This document shows positions 9,760 through 20,264 of a stretch of DNA of 64,000 bases, piece after piece. Below the pieces are notes generated by a model, which was given only the letters and a program-made list of their open reading frames with translations, did no database searches and was not told the origin of the DNA. Position numbers and translations under genes: made by a program. Source of the DNA: an uncultured Bacilli bacterium (GTDB taxonomy: Bacteria; Bacillota_I; Bacilli_A; RF39; UBA660); contig CALVXN010000002.1 in assembly GCA_944371315.1 (NCBI GenBank), forward strand, positions 1,046 to 65,045, given 5' to 3'. Position 1 is the stretch's first letter, and each line of letters begins with the position of its first letter.

Positions 9760-10860
9760 ATGAAAATTGATTCAATTAATTTGGTTAATTTTAGAAATTA
9801 TGAATCATTAAATATTAAATTTTCTAAATTTTTGAATATTATCTATGGAAAAAATGGCATGGGTAAAACAAATTTAATTGAAGCTATATATTTACTTTCT
9901 TTAACTAAATCTTTTAGAATTAGTAATGATAAATCATTAATTAAAAAAGGGTGTTTAAAAACCAAAGTTCGAGGTGAAATCATAAAAAATGATGATTTGT
10001 CAAGTTATGAAGTTATTATTAGTAATGATGGAAAAAATGTATTGGTTGATAATAATAAAGTGGATAAAATAAGTGATTACGTTTCTAAAATTAATATTAT
10101 TTTATTTAGTCCATTTGATACTCGGTTAATTGATGAATCTCCAAGTGAAAGAAGAAAAATGATTAATATTGAGATTAGTCAACTTTATAAAGAATATCTA
10201 ATAATTTTAGCTAATTATCAAAAAATATTAAAACAAAGAAATTTTTATTTAAGATCACTTTATTTAAATGCTAATAAAGATACACAATATTTAGATATTT
10301 TAACAAGGAAATTAATAGAATATGGATTATTAATTTATAAGTATCGAAGTAATTTTTGTGAAAATATAAATAAATATATTGGTGAAATTTATAATAAAAT
10401 TTTTAAAAATGGAAATTTAAAAGTTAAATACATATCTAATTATAAGAATAAAAATAGTGAACAATTGTTAAAAAGTTATCAAAATAATTATAAAAAAGAA
10501 ATGGAAATAGGTAAAACTTTATTAGGTGTTCATCATGACGATATAGCTTTTATTTTAGATGATAATAATTTAAAAGATTGGGGTAGTGAAGGTCAAAGAA
10601 AAAATGCTATAATTTCTTTTAAATTAGCTGAAATTAATCTTGTTTACGAAGTAAAAAATAATTATCCTATACTTATTTTAGATGATTTATTTAGTGAGTT
10701 AGACAAAGAAAAAATAACTAATATATTAAAGATTTTAGATAAAAATGTTCAAACATTTATAACTACTACGGAGATAAATAAAATAGATAAAAAAATAAAA
10801 GATAATGCCAAAATATTTAAGGTAGATAATGGTAATATTAAGGAGGATACAAATGAATAA
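9760..10860 (+). CDS. recF: DNA replication and repair protein RecF
   Basis: N-terminal Walker [17 protein letters not shown]-like signature GSEGQRKN. Walker [12 protein letters not shown]. Confidence 0.9.
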   Translation: MKIDSINLVNFRNYESLNIKFSKFLNIIYGKNGMGKTNLIEAIYLLSLTKSFRISNDKSLIKKGCLKTKVRGEIIKNDDLSSYEVIISNDGKNVLVDNNKVDKISDYVSKINIILFSPFDTRLIDESPSERRKMINIEISQLYKEYLIILANYQKILKQRNFYLRSLYLNANKDTQYLDILTRKLIEYGLLIYKYRSNFCENINKYIGEIYNKIFKNGNLKVKYISNYKNKNSEQLLKSYQNNYKKEMEIGKTLLGVHHDDIAFILDDNNLKDWGSEGQRKNAIISFKLAEINLVYEVKNNYPILILDDLFSELDKEKITNILKILDKNVQTFITTTEINKIDKKIKDNAKIFKVDNGNIKEDTNE

Positions 10861-12769
10861 AGAAACACATTATACTGATTCTGATATTCAAGTTTTGGAA
10901 GGTTTGGAAGCAGTAAGAAAAAGACCTGGAATGTATATAGGAAGCACTGGTGAAAGAGGTTTGCATCATTTAGTTTGGGAAATTGTAGATAATGCAGTTG
11001 ATGAAGCTTTAGCTGGTTTTTGTGATGATATTGAAGTAATTATAGATAAAGGAGATATTATTGAAATTCGCGACGATGGTCGTGGTATTCCAACAGGTAT
11101 AAATAATAAAACTGGCTTATCAACAGTAGAAACAATATTTACTGTTTTACATGCTGGAGGTAAATTTGGTGGCGAAGGTTACAAAGTAAGTGGAGGTCTT
11201 CATGGTGTTGGTGCATCTGTAGTAAATGCTTTATCAACTTGGTTAGAAGTTAGAATTTATCGTGATGGTAAAGTTTATTATCAACGTTTTGAAAATGGAG
11301 GACATCCTTGTGAAGCATTAAAAGTAATTGATGAATGTGATGTTAATAGAACTGGTAGCACTGTTAGATTTAAACCTGATGAAGAAATATTTAAGGAAAC
11401 TACTACATTTAATTATGATATTTTATACAAAAGATTGCAAGAAATCGCATTTTTAAATAAAGGATTAAGAATTAATTTATATGATCATCGTTTAGAAGAA
11501 AAACATGATTCTTTTCTTTATAACGGAGGAATTATAGAATATGTTCAAATGCTTAATAAAAATAAAACAGTTTTACATGATGATATTATATATTTAAGTG
11601 GAACTGAAGATAATATATTTTTTGAAGTAGCTTTTCAATATAATGATGGATATAATTCAAATATTTATTCTTTTACTAATAATATAAATACATATGAAGG
11701 TGGAACACATGAAGATGGTGTAAAACTTGCATTAACGAGAGTAATTAATAATTATGGTAAAAATGCTAAAATATTTAAAGATAAAGATGAATCTTTATCT
11801 GGTGATGATGTTCGTGAAGGTTTAGCTATGATAATTTCTTGTAAACATCCAGATCCTCAATTTGAAGGCCAAACTAAAACAAAATTAGGAAATAGTGAAG
11901 TTAAAAAAATAGCTAGTGATATATTTAGTAGTGGTTTTGAACGTTATTTAATGGAAAATCCTAATGTAGCTAAAATTATTATTGAAAAAGCTATGAGTGC
12001 TTCAAGAGCTAGAATTGCTGCAAAAAAAGCAAGAGAATTAGTTCGTCGTAAAGGTGATTTGGAAATTACAGCTTTTTATGGAAAATTAACTGATTGTAAG
12101 AGTAAAAATCCGGAAGATTCAGAAATTTTCTTAGTCGAAGGGGATTCAGCTGGTGGATCTGCTAAAAAAGGAAGAGATTATATGACTCAAGCTATTCTTC
12201 CTTTGAGAGGTAAAATATTAAACGTAGAAAAAGCAAGATTAGATAGAGCTTTAAGTAATGAAGAAATTAAAACTATAATTACAGCTTTTGGAACTGGTAT
12301 TGGTGATGAATTTGATTTAAATAAGTTAAGATATCATAAAATCATTATTATGACCGATGCCGATGTAGATGGTTCTCATATTAGAGTATTACTTTTGACA
12401 TTATTTTATAGATTTTTTAGACCTATTGTTGAAGCAGGACATGTATATGCTGCTCAGCCACCACTTTTTAAAATTACTCATGGTAAAACAATAAAATATG
12501 TTTTGGATGAAAAAGAAAAAAATGAATATTTAGCAAGTTTACCAACTAATGTAAAGCCAGAGATTGCTCGTAATAAAGGGTTAGGTGAAATGAATCCTGA
12601 AGAATTAAGAGATACTACTATGGCAAAAGAAACAAGAATTTTAAAACAAATTACTGTTGATGATTTACAAGCTGCTGATGCTGCATTTGAAAAATTGATG
12701 GGTGAAGCTGTTGAACCGAGAAGAGAGTTCATTGAACAAAGAGCTGGTTTAGCAACATTAGATTTATAG
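10853..12769 (+). CDS. gyrB: DNA gyrase subunit B
   Basis: ORF 10829..12769. ATG at 10853 follows AAGGAGG, giving [30 protein letters not shown]. Toprim motifs EGDSAGG and DADVDGSHI. Confidence 0.95.
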   Translation: MNKETHYTDSDIQVLEGLEAVRKRPGMYIGSTGERGLHHLVWEIVDNAVDEALAGFCDDIEVIIDKGDIIEIRDDGRGIPTGINNKTGLSTVETIFTVLHAGGKFGGEGYKVSGGLHGVGASVVNALSTWLEVRIYRDGKVYYQRFENGGHPCEALKVIDECDVNRTGSTVRFKPDEEIFKETTTFNYDILYKRLQEIAFLNKGLRINLYDHRLEEKHDSFLYNGGIIEYVQMLNKNKTVLHDDIIYLSGTEDNIFFEVAFQYNDGYNSNIYSFTNNINTYEGGTHEDGVKLALTRVINNYGKNAKIFKDKDESLSGDDVREGLAMIISCKHPDPQFEGQTKTKLGNSEVKKIASDIFSSGFERYLMENPNVAKIIIEKAMSASRARIAAKKARELVRRKGDLEITAFYGKLTDCKSKNPEDSEIFLVEGDSAGGSAKKGRDYMTQAILPLRGKILNVEKARLDRALSNEEIKTIITAFGTGIGDEFDLNKLRYHKIIIMTDADVDGSHIRVLLLTLFYRFFRPIVEAGHVYAAQPPLFKITHGKTIKYVLDEKEKNEYLASLPTNVKPEIARNKGLGEMNPEELRDTTMAKETRILKQITVDDLQAADAAFEKLMGEAVEPRREFIEQRAGLATLDL

Positions 12770-12779
12770 GGAGGTTATA

Positions 12780-15227
12780 ATGGATAAAATTATTCAGAAT
12801 AATATAGTAGATGAAATAGAAAAATCATTTATAGACTATTCAATGAGTGTAATTGTTTCTCGTGCAATTCCTGATTTAAGAGATGGTTTAAAACCCGTTC
12901 ATAGAAGAATATTATATTCTATGTTTGAATCTGGTTATTTGCCTAGTGCTCAATATAAAAAATGTGCTAGAGTTGTTGGGGATGTTATGGGAAAATATCA
13001 TCCTCATGGGGATAGTTCAATTTATGAAGCTTTAGTAAGAATGGCTCAAGATTTTAGTTATAGATATATGTTAATTGATGGCCATGGAAACTTTGGTAAT
13101 ATGGACGGCGATGGTGCTGCTGCATATCGTTATACTGAATCAAGGTTAGCTAAAATTTCTTTAGAATTATTAAGAGATATTAATAAAAATACTGTAAATT
13201 TTGTTCCAAATTTTGATGAATCTTTAGAAGAACCAGAAGTATTACCTAGTAGATTTCCTAATATTTTAGTAAATGGAACTATGGGTATAGCAGTTGGTAT
13301 GGCAACTAATATTCCTCCTCATAATTTAGGAGAAGTAATTGATGGCTGTGTTGCTTATATAGATAATCCTGACATTGATACTGATGGTTTAATGCAATAC
13401 ATTAAAGGTCCCGATTTTCCAACTGGAGCTTTAATTTTAGGAAATTCTGGAATAAAAAAAGCTTATGAAACTGGAAAAGGTTCAATTACTATTAGATGTA
13501 AAGCAGAAATAGAAGAAGAAGGTAGCAAACATAGAATTGTTATTACGGAAATACCTTATGGGTTAAATACTTTAGAGTTAAAAAAACGTATTGGAGAACT
13601 AGTTAGAGATAAAATATTGGATGGAATTTCTGATTATCATGAAGAAACAAATTTAGAAAATGGAATTAAAATTGTAATTACGTTAAAAAAAGATGCCAAT
13701 GGCAGTGTTGTTTTAAATAATTTATATAAACATACTCAATTGCAAACTAGTTATGGTATTAATTTATTAATGATTGATAATGGTGTTCCAAAAACTCTAG
13801 GTTTAAAAAGCATTATTTCTAAGTATATTGATTTTCAAAGGGAAGTAATTGTAAGAAGAACACAATTTGAACTTGATAAAGCAGAAAAAAGAGTTCATAT
13901 CTTAGAAGGTTATAAAATAGCTTTGGATAACATTGATGAAGTAATTAAAATAATTAAGGAATCTAAAGCAGATGCTGATGCAAAAGCCAAATTAATGAGC
14001 AGATTTGGATTAAGCGAAGTTCAAACTGATAATATTTTAGAACTTAAATTACGTCGTTTAACAGGCTTAGAACGTGAAAAGATTGAAGAAGAGTTAAATG
14101 CCTTACATATAGAAATAGATCGCTTACGTGGCATTTTAGCTGATAATAACAAGGTATTAAATATAATTAAAGAAGAAATGTTAGAAATTAAGCAAAAATA
14201 TAGTGATGAACGTAGAACTAAAATTGATATGACTGCTATTGATTATATTGAGGATGAATCATTAATTCCTGAAGAAAATGTATTAATAGTATTAACACAT
14301 AATGGATACATTAAAAGGACAACCTCTGATACATTTAAAGCTCAAAATAGAGGCGGCGTTGGAATAAAAGGAATGTCAACAAATGATGAAGACTTCGTTG
14401 AACATATGATTAATTTATCAACACATGATTTTGTATTATTCTTTACAAATAAAGGTAAAGTTTATAGGTTAAAAGGTTATGAAATTCCTGAATATAGTAG
14501 GCAATCTAAAGGACTACCAATAATTAATTTGTTACAAATAGAAAAAGAAGAAAAAGTAAATGCCGTTGTTGCAATTAATAAAAATGAAAATTATAAATAT
14601 TTATTATTCGCTACTAAACAAGGTATAGTAAAAAGAACTTTAATATCCGAGTTTGAAAATATTAGAAATAGTGGTAAGTTATCTATTACTTTAAGAGAAA
14701 AGGATGAACTTATCGATGTAAAAAAGACATCTGGAGAAAACTTTGTTTTATTAGGTAGCAGTAGTGGAAGAATGGTTAAATTTAATGAGCAAGATATTAG
14801 AGTTATGGGTAGAACAGCATGTGGAGTCAGGGGTATAAATCTTGAAGATTCTAGCTGCATTTGTTGTGAAATTGTTGATGAAAATTCTGTTATAATATTA
14901 GTTACAGAAAAAGGTTTTGGCAAACAAACAAATGTTCGTGAATACAGAGAAACTAAAAGAGGTAGTAAAGGTGTTAAAGCACTAAATGTAACTGAAAAAA
15001 ATGGTAATTTAGTTTCAGTTAAAGTAGTTGAAGATGATAAAGAACTTGTTATAATGACTGATTCTGGTATGACTATGAGAATGCCCATTAATCAAATATC
15101 GGTTTTAGGAAGAGTTACACAAGGTGTAAGATTAATCAATCTAAAAGATCAACAAAAAGTATCAACGATTAGTTTAGTAGATAAAGAAGATAACAATTTA
15201 AAAGAAAATATTAATGAAGAATCATAG
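12780..15227 (+). CDS. gyrA: DNA gyrase subunit A
   Basis: [12 protein letters not shown], the QRDR region [11 protein letters not shown] and the active-site AAYRYTE are all present. 815 aa. Confidence 0.95.
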   Translation: MDKIIQNNIVDEIEKSFIDYSMSVIVSRAIPDLRDGLKPVHRRILYSMFESGYLPSAQYKKCARVVGDVMGKYHPHGDSSIYEALVRMAQDFSYRYMLIDGHGNFGNMDGDGAAAYRYTESRLAKISLELLRDINKNTVNFVPNFDESLEEPEVLPSRFPNILVNGTMGIAVGMATNIPPHNLGEVIDGCVAYIDNPDIDTDGLMQYIKGPDFPTGALILGNSGIKKAYETGKGSITIRCKAEIEEEGSKHRIVITEIPYGLNTLELKKRIGELVRDKILDGISDYHEETNLENGIKIVITLKKDANGSVVLNNLYKHTQLQTSYGINLLMIDNGVPKTLGLKSIISKYIDFQREVIVRRTQFELDKAEKRVHILEGYKIALDNIDEVIKIIKESKADADAKAKLMSRFGLSEVQTDNILELKLRRLTGLEREKIEEELNALHIEIDRLRGILADNNKVLNIIKEEMLEIKQKYSDERRTKIDMTAIDYIEDESLIPEENVLIVLTHNGYIKRTTSDTFKAQNRGGVGIKGMSTNDEDFVEHMINLSTHDFVLFFTNKGKVYRLKGYEIPEYSRQSKGLPIINLLQIEKEEKVNAVVAINKNENYKYLLFATKQGIVKRTLISEFENIRNSGKLSITLREKDELIDVKKTSGENFVLLGSSSGRMVKFNEQDIRVMGRTACGVRGINLEDSSCICCEIVDENSVIILVTEKGFGKQTNVREYRETKRGSKGVKALNVTEKNGNLVSVKVVEDDKELVIMTDSGMTMRMPINQISVLGRVTQGVRLINLKDQQKVSTISLVDKEDNNLKENINEES

Positions 15228-15244
15228 AAATATGATTCTTTTTT
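15218..15244 (+). terminator. gyrA intrinsic terminator
   Basis: AGAATCATA-GAAA-TATGATTCT stem-loop overlapping the stop codon, followed by a T-run that leads into the first parS. Confidence 0.7.
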
Positions 15245-15259
15245 GTTTCACGTGAAACA
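15244..15259. promoter_or_regulatory. parS site 1 (ParB/Spo0J centromere site)
   Basis: TGTTTCACGTGAAACA, a perfect 16-bp palindrome that matches the Firmicute parS consensus TGTTNCACGTGAAACA. Confidence 0.85.
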
Positions 15260-15346
15260 TTTATATTTATTTATTTACTTTTTTATATATATAATCTATT
15301 TATAAAATTTGTTAATGGATATCATTATTTAATAAAAAATTTGTTA

Positions 15347-15362
15347 CGTTTCACGTGAAACA
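15347..15362. promoter_or_regulatory. parS site 2, followed by a DnaA-box-like 9-mer
   Basis: CGTTTCACGTGAAACA (15/16 match to consensus). TGTTGATAA at 15366..15374 begins 4 nt after the site. Confidence 0.8.
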
Positions 15363-15517
15363 TCATGTTGATAACTTGTTTTTAATTTAAAAATTATATA
15401 TTTTGATAATTTAAAATCGAATATTTAAAATAAAAAATTTTGTTAATACTTTTATTATATTTTATCAAATATTTATATAATATTATTTAAACATTATTAT
15501 TATCATTTTATTTGTTA

Positions 15518-15533
15518 TGTTCCACGTGAAACA
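15518..15533. promoter_or_regulatory. parS site 3, followed by a DnaA-box-like 9-mer
   Basis: TGTTCCACGTGAAACA, identical to the B. subtilis parS consensus as I recall it. TGTTGATAA at 15537..15545 begins 4 nt after the site. Confidence 0.85.
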
Positions 15534-15656
15534 TTATGTTGATAATTTCTGTTTAATTTTTAAATTACATTCTTTTGTAAATATTTTTATTATATTTTTT
15601 ACAACAACAATATTAAAAGTAGTATCACTTTTATTTTAGTTATTTGTTTTATTTAA

Positions 15657-15672
15657 TGTTTCACGTGAAACA
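15657..15672. promoter_or_regulatory. parS site 4, followed by a DnaA-box-like 9-mer
   Basis: TGTTTCACGTGAAACA. TGTTGATAA at 15676..15684 begins 4 nt after the site. Confidence 0.85.
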
Positions 15673-15873
15673 TTGTGTTGATAAGATGTTTATAAATTTA
15701 TTATAATATAATTTTGATAAAATATTGTTTATAATATTTTAATAATTTAATTTGAATTCATAAATATGTTAATAAATTGTTTATTTATAAAGAAACTTTG
15801 TTCAAATTTGGTTATTTATTGCTAGTTATATATTATTACTTTTATTTTGTTAATAAAATGTTATTTATTATAA

Positions 15874-15889
15874 TGTTTCACGTGAAACA
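15874..15889. promoter_or_regulatory. parS site 5
   Basis: TGTTTCACGTGAAACA, a perfect palindrome with no adjacent DnaA-like box. Confidence 0.85.
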
Positions 15890-16007
15890 TTAAATAGAAA
15901 ACGAACAAATGTTTTAATTATTTTGAAATAATAAACAAATTTTACTTAATTTTAAAGATAAATTGCTTTTTTTCGTGCTAATTTATATATTTTTAATTAT
16001 TAGTAAA

Positions 16008-16025
16008 TTATTTCCCGGGAAATAA
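16008..16025. promoter_or_regulatory. 18-bp perfect palindrome TTATTTCCCGGGAAATAA just upstream of the SRP RNA promoter (unknown operator?)
   Basis: Perfect dyad ending 15 bp before the -35 element. The same 17-mer, TTATTTCCCGGGAAATA, recurs at 1927..1943 inside mnmE. Confidence 0.3.
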
Positions 16026-16039
16026 TTGTTGAATTTTTA

Positions 16040-16068
16040 TTGACAGTAAAATATTATTTTGATATTAT
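16040..16068 (+). promoter_or_regulatory. SigA-type promoter of the SRP RNA
   Basis: TTGACA (16040..16045), a 17-bp spacer, then TATTAT (16063..16068). Confidence 0.7.
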
Positions 16069-16074
16069 CAATTT

Positions 16075-16146
16075 GTGCAACAATTATGCTGTAACTTGGT
16101 CAGAATCGGAAGATAGCAGCCACATCAGTCTCTAATTGTGTGCACT
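16075..16146 (+). ncRNA. ffs: Small (4.5S-type) signal recognition particle RNA
   Basis: GGTCAGAATCGGAAGATAGCAGCC matches the conserved domain IV (GGUCAG..GGAA tetraloop..AGCAGCC). The 5' GTGCAACAATTA pairs with the 3' TAATTGTGTGCAC, followed by a T-run. It sits upstream of tadA and dnaX, as scr does in Bacillus. The ends are approximate. Confidence 0.8.
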
Positions 16147-16166
16147 TTTTATTTGGAGGAATTAAT

Positions 16167-16586
16167 ATGTTAGAATACTTTGAATATATTCTTAAATTGG
16201 CTAATAATTCTTTAGTTACAGATGATATTCCGGTAGGTGCTATTATTGTAAAAAATAATGAAATAATAGGAGAAGGTTGGAATACAAGAGAAAAAGATAA
16301 CTTTATTTTGGGACATGCAGAAATTAATGCTATTAAAATGGCATCTAATTATTTAAATAGCTGGAATTTATCCGATTGTGAGCTATATGTTACCTTAAAA
16401 CCTTGCTCAATGTGTTTAGAAGTTATAAAACAATCTAGAATAAAAAATGTTTATTATTTATTAGAAAAGCCTAGCAATAAAAGGGAATTTTCTAAAACTC
16501 TTGTTAATTGTATTAATATTGACCCTTTAAGAATTAATTATGAGAGAAAATTAAGTGATTTTTTTAAGAAATTAAGAGAAAAATAA
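16167..16586 (+). CDS. tadA: tRNA-specific adenosine deaminase TadA
   Basis: ORF 16140..16586. ATG at 16167 follows GGAGG. Deaminase zinc motifs HAEINAI and PCSMC are present. Confidence 0.85.
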   Translation: MLEYFEYILKLANNSLVTDDIPVGAIIVKNNEIIGEGWNTREKDNFILGHAEINAIKMASNYLNSWNLSDCELYVTLKPCSMCLEVIKQSRIKNVYYLLEKPSNKREFSKTLVNCINIDPLRINYERKLSDFFKKLREK

Positions 16587-16621
16587 TATGTTTTATGTTA
16601 TAATTTTAATGGAGGGTTACA

Positions 16622-18238
16622 ATGAGTTATAAAGTTTTATATCGTAAATATAGGCCAGATAATTTTGATGATGTAATCGGTCAAAAATATGTAGTAGAAA
16701 TATTGAAAAATTCTATAAAAGAAGGACATATAGCTCATGCTTATTTATTTTCAGGCCCAAGGGGAACTGGAAAAACTTCAATGGCTAGAATATTAGCTAA
16801 ATCTTTAAATTGTTTAGATAATAAAGAAGGAAAAGCCTGTGAAAAATGTAATAATTGTATTTCATTTTTATCTAATCCTGATATTATTGAAATTGATGCG
16901 GCATCAAATAATGGTGTTGAAGAAATAAGAGAATTAATAAATAATGTTAAAATAATGCCTTCTTCATTAAAATATAAAGTTTATATAATTGATGAAGTTC
17001 ATATGCTTAGTCAAAGTGCTTTTAATGCTTTATTATTAACATTAGAGGAACCTCCGGAACACGTAATATTTATTTTAGCTACGACTAATATTGAAAGTGT
17101 TCCAATTACTATATTATCAAGATGTCAAAAGTTTGATTTTCGTAGAATAGATGATGATGATATTGTTAATAGATTAAAATTTATTTGTGAAAAGGAAAAT
17201 ATTTCTTATGAAGAGGATGGACTTAGAGAAATTGCAATATTATCCGATGGTGGTCTAAGGGATGCTTTAAGTATTTTAGATCAAATTTCTAAAAACGGAG
17301 AAGTTATTACATTAGAATTAGTCTCTCAAGAAGTAGGAAGCATATCTAATAAAAAAATAGATGATTTAATAAAATCTATTGATAAAAAAGATTTAGAAAA
17401 TTTTAACAAAATTTTTGATGAGTTTTATAATAATAATTTAAATTATAAAGTAATTATAAAAAAATTAATTTACTCTTTAAGTGATATATCAATAAAAATT
17501 TTAAATGATGAATCAAATTGGAATTTATCATTCGATGATTGTAAAAATATGATTTTTGAGTTAAATGATTTAATAAATAAAATTAATATAAATATTAATG
17601 CATATTTATTAATAAAAATTTTGTTATTAAATTATTTTAAAAAGAAAAATGTCCCAATTGAAGCAAGTAATTACGGAAAAAATGTTGAATTAAAAAGTGA
17701 AAAAAAATTAGAAATTGATGGAAAAAAAGATATTGATTTTAATCGTAAAAATACGTTTGTAAATTTTAATAATAATTTAAAAAATATTAACGAGGATTTT
17801 ATTAATCGACGTATAAATAATTGTTTTGTAAATGCTTCAAAAAATAATTTATTAAGTATTCAAAAAATATGGAGTGAATTTATAAAAAAAATTGATGTAG
17901 CACAAATAAAAGGTTTAATTAGTGATACTCAAGTAGTTACTGCATCTGATTCATATGCAATTTTGATTACAACAATTAATCACCAAGAAATTGAGTTAAA
18001 TCAAAATATAGATAATATAGAAAAAAGTTTTAATAACTTTTTTAACAAAGAGTATAAATTAATATTTTTAAATGAAGAAAAATGGAATATAGAAAAGAAA
18101 AAATATATTAATAATTTACAAAAAAAATACAAATATGAATTTATATCTGAAGATATTGAAGAAAATAATGATTCAGAAGATGAAATGACTACAATAGCAA
18201 ATAATTTATTTGCAAAAGATAAAATTGAAATTGAATAA
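16622..18238 (+). CDS. dnaX: DNA polymerase III subunit tau/gamma
   Basis: YRPDNFDDVIGQ, the Walker A GPRGTGKTS, a Zn module CEKCNNC, and the DEVHML / SRCQKF boxes. Confidence 0.9.
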   Translation: MSYKVLYRKYRPDNFDDVIGQKYVVEILKNSIKEGHIAHAYLFSGPRGTGKTSMARILAKSLNCLDNKEGKACEKCNNCISFLSNPDIIEIDAASNNGVEEIRELINNVKIMPSSLKYKVYIIDEVHMLSQSAFNALLLTLEEPPEHVIFILATTNIESVPITILSRCQKFDFRRIDDDDIVNRLKFICEKENISYEEDGLREIAILSDGGLRDALSILDQISKNGEVITLELVSQEVGSISNKKIDDLIKSIDKKDLENFNKIFDEFYNNNLNYKVIIKKLIYSLSDISIKILNDESNWNLSFDDCKNMIFELNDLINKINININAYLLIKILLLNYFKKKNVPIEASNYGKNVELKSEKKLEIDGKKDIDFNRKNTFVNFNNNLKNINEDFINRRINNCFVNASKNNLLSIQKIWSEFIKKIDVAQIKGLISDTQVVTASDSYAILITTINHQEIELNQNIDNIEKSFNNFFNKEYKLIFLNEEKWNIEKKKYINNLQKKYKYEFISEDIEENNDSEDEMTTIANNLFAKDKIEIE

Positions 18239-18256
18239 GGAAGGAATGATTTATAT

Positions 18257-18553
18257 ATGAATATGCAACAATTAATGCAACAAGCACAAAGAATGCAAAG
18301 GGAAATTACTAAAAAAAAGGATGAAATTGATGCCAAAATTTTTGAAGGGAAATCAGAATGGGTAAATGTTTCATTTAATGGAAAAAAAGAATTAAAAAGT
18401 TTTAAAATTCTTAAAGATGGAGTTATTGATGAGTCTGATAAAGAAATGCTAGAAGATATGATTTTATTAGCAATTAAGGATGCATTTACTAAAATTGATA
18501 GAGAAATTGAAGATAAGTTAGGTCAATATGCATCAATGAGCGGATTGATGTAA
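18257..18553 (+). CDS. ybaB: Nucleoid-associated protein YbaB/EbfC
   Basis: 98 aa with MQQLMQQAQRMQ at the N-terminus. Conserved dnaX-ybaB-recR order. Confidence 0.85.
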   Translation: MNMQQLMQQAQRMQREITKKKDEIDAKIFEGKSEWVNVSFNGKKELKSFKILKDGVIDESDKEMLEDMILLAIKDAFTKIDREIEDKLGQYASMSGLM

Positions 18554-18554
18554 G

Positions 18555-19157
18555 ATGATTTATCCACCATCATTAGAAAAATTAATTAATTATTATAAAA
18601 AATTACCTGGTATTGGAGAAAAAAATGCAGAAAGGTTAGCATTAGCAACTCTTAATTTTAAAGATGAAGATGTTGATGGCTTTTCTGATACTTTAAAAGT
18701 TTTAAAAAAAAATATTAGAAAGTGTAGTATATGTGGCCATTTATCAGAAGGAGATATTTGTAGCATATGTTCTGATGAAAAACGTAATAAAAACTTAATA
18801 TGTGTGATTGAAGATTATAAAAGTGTTTTTTCTTTTGAAAAAGTTGGTAATTACAATGGTGTGTATCATGTTTTAAATGGGCTCATATCTCCAGTAGAAA
18901 ATATTGGACCTGAAAATATTAATTTGTCATCTTTGATAAAAAGGGTTGATAATCTAAAAGATCCAGAATTAATATTAGCATTAAAGTCAACTGTTGAAGG
19001 AGAAACAACTACTTTGTATATTAAAAAAATTTTTGAAAAGAAAAAAGTAATGATTTCAAGGCTTTCATATGGTATTCCAATGGGAGCTGAAATTGATTAC
19101 TTAGATATAATTACATTGGATAAAGCATTAGAGGATAGAAAGAAAATATCAGAATAA
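18555..19157 (+). CDS. recR: Recombination protein RecR
   Basis: LPGIGEKNAERLA helix-hairpin-helix, a C4 zinc finger CSICGHLSEGDICSIC and a Toprim region. Confidence 0.9.
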   Translation: MIYPPSLEKLINYYKKLPGIGEKNAERLALATLNFKDEDVDGFSDTLKVLKKNIRKCSICGHLSEGDICSICSDEKRNKNLICVIEDYKSVFSFEKVGNYNGVYHVLNGLISPVENIGPENINLSSLIKRVDNLKDPELILALKSTVEGETTTLYIKKIFEKKKVMISRLSYGIPMGAEIDYLDIITLDKALEDRKKISE

Positions 19158-19194
19158 AAATATTTTTAAATCATATTATTTTTTGAGGGATAAT

Positions 19195-19383
19195 ATGGTT
19201 AAATTTATTATAAAACTTTTAAAAAAAGTTGTAGTTGCTATATGTTTTATTTACGCTTTTAATTTAGTTGCTAGTGGTTTAAATATTTTTATTCCTATTA
19301 ATATCATTACTATTGGAGTTGTAACTCTTTTAGGTATGTGTGGATTACTTTCACTTATTGCTATATACTTTGTCCTTTTATAA
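19195..19383 (+). CDS. bofA: BofA-family membrane protein (pro-sigma-K processing inhibitor-like)
   Basis: ORF 19183..19383. IFIPINIITIGVVTLLGMCG resembles the BofA motif IPINxxT...LGxPG. It occupies the same post-recR position as in B. subtilis. Confidence 0.6.
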   Translation: MVKFIIKLLKKVVVAICFIYAFNLVASGLNIFIPINIITIGVVTLLGMCGLLSLIAIYFVLL

Positions 19384-19397
19384 AAGGAGGTATTATT

Positions 19398-20264
19398 TTG
19401 TTTAATAAATTAAATGATTTAGTAAATTATTATCATGAGAACAAGTTATCTCATGCTTATTTGATTGAAACAAATAATATTAATAATTGCTTTAGTGATT
19501 TAAGGGTAGTTGTCCAAAGAATTTTTTGTCCGAATACTTATAAAGAAAATTGTAATGAATGTAATATATGTAATTTAATTAATCAAAATTATTTACCTTC
19601 TTTAAAAATTATCGAGCCAGATGGTAGTTCAATTAAAAAAGAACAGATATTAGAATTAAAAAGAGCATTTAGTTCAGTTCCAATTTATACAAAAAATAAT
19701 ATTTATATTATAAAAAATGCTGAAAAAATGACTGAATCATCTGCTAATACTATGTTAAAATTTCTAGAAGAACCAGAGGATAATTTATTAGGTTTTTTTA
19801 TTACAAATAATATTAATAATGTAATTAACACTGTTAAAAGTAGATGTGAAATAATTAAATTATATTATGATGATAATGATTTAAATTTTAAAACATTAAA
19901 TAGTGAAAAATATATAAATTATTTTAATATTGTAAGTAATTATATTTATAAATTAGAGATAGAAAAAAAGAACTTAATAATGTATAATAAAAGTGAATTA
20001 TTAAATAATTTTTCTGAACGAGAAGATTATAAAATATTATTTAAAATAATGTTATTAATTTATGAAGAAGCATTAAATTATACTTTAGGTTTAAAAAATA
20101 ATATATCATCTTATGACCAATTTAATTATTTAACTAAATTTGATAGTAAAATGCTTATTAAAAGAATAAAATTAATTACACAACTTTTAGATGATATTAA
20201 TTATAATGTAAATTTAGAATTACTATTAGATAAATTTGTTATAGAATTGAGTGAAGTAATATGA
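19398..20264 (+). CDS. holB: DNA polymerase III delta-prime subunit
   Basis: ORF 19338..20264. TTG at 19398 follows AAGGAGG. LSHAYLIE, NTMLKFLEEPEDN and SRCE motifs are present. Confidence 0.8.
   Translation: MFNKLNDLVNYYHENKLSHAYLIETNNINNCFSDLRVVVQRIFCPNTYKENCNECNICNLINQNYLPSLKIIEPDGSSIKKEQILELKRAFSSVPIYTKNNIYIIKNAEKMTESSANTMLKFLEEPEDNLLGFFITNNINNVINTVKSRCEIIKLYYDDNDLNFKTLNSEKYINYFNIVSNYIYKLEIEKKNLIMYNKSELLNNFSEREDYKILFKIMLLIYEEALNYTLGLKNNISSYDQFNYLTKFDSKMLIKRIKLITQLLDDINYNVNLELLLDKFVIELSEVI

Noticed and set aside
15228-16040. Repeated 16-18 bp element in a non-coding block: possible CRISPR array or missing rRNA operon
   Set aside because: The repeats are perfect palindromes matching parS. 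Spacings are irregular (about 103, 171, 139 and 217 bp), the spacers are AT-rich low-complexity sequence, and no cas genes are present. I recognised no 16S, 23S or tRNA-like sequence.
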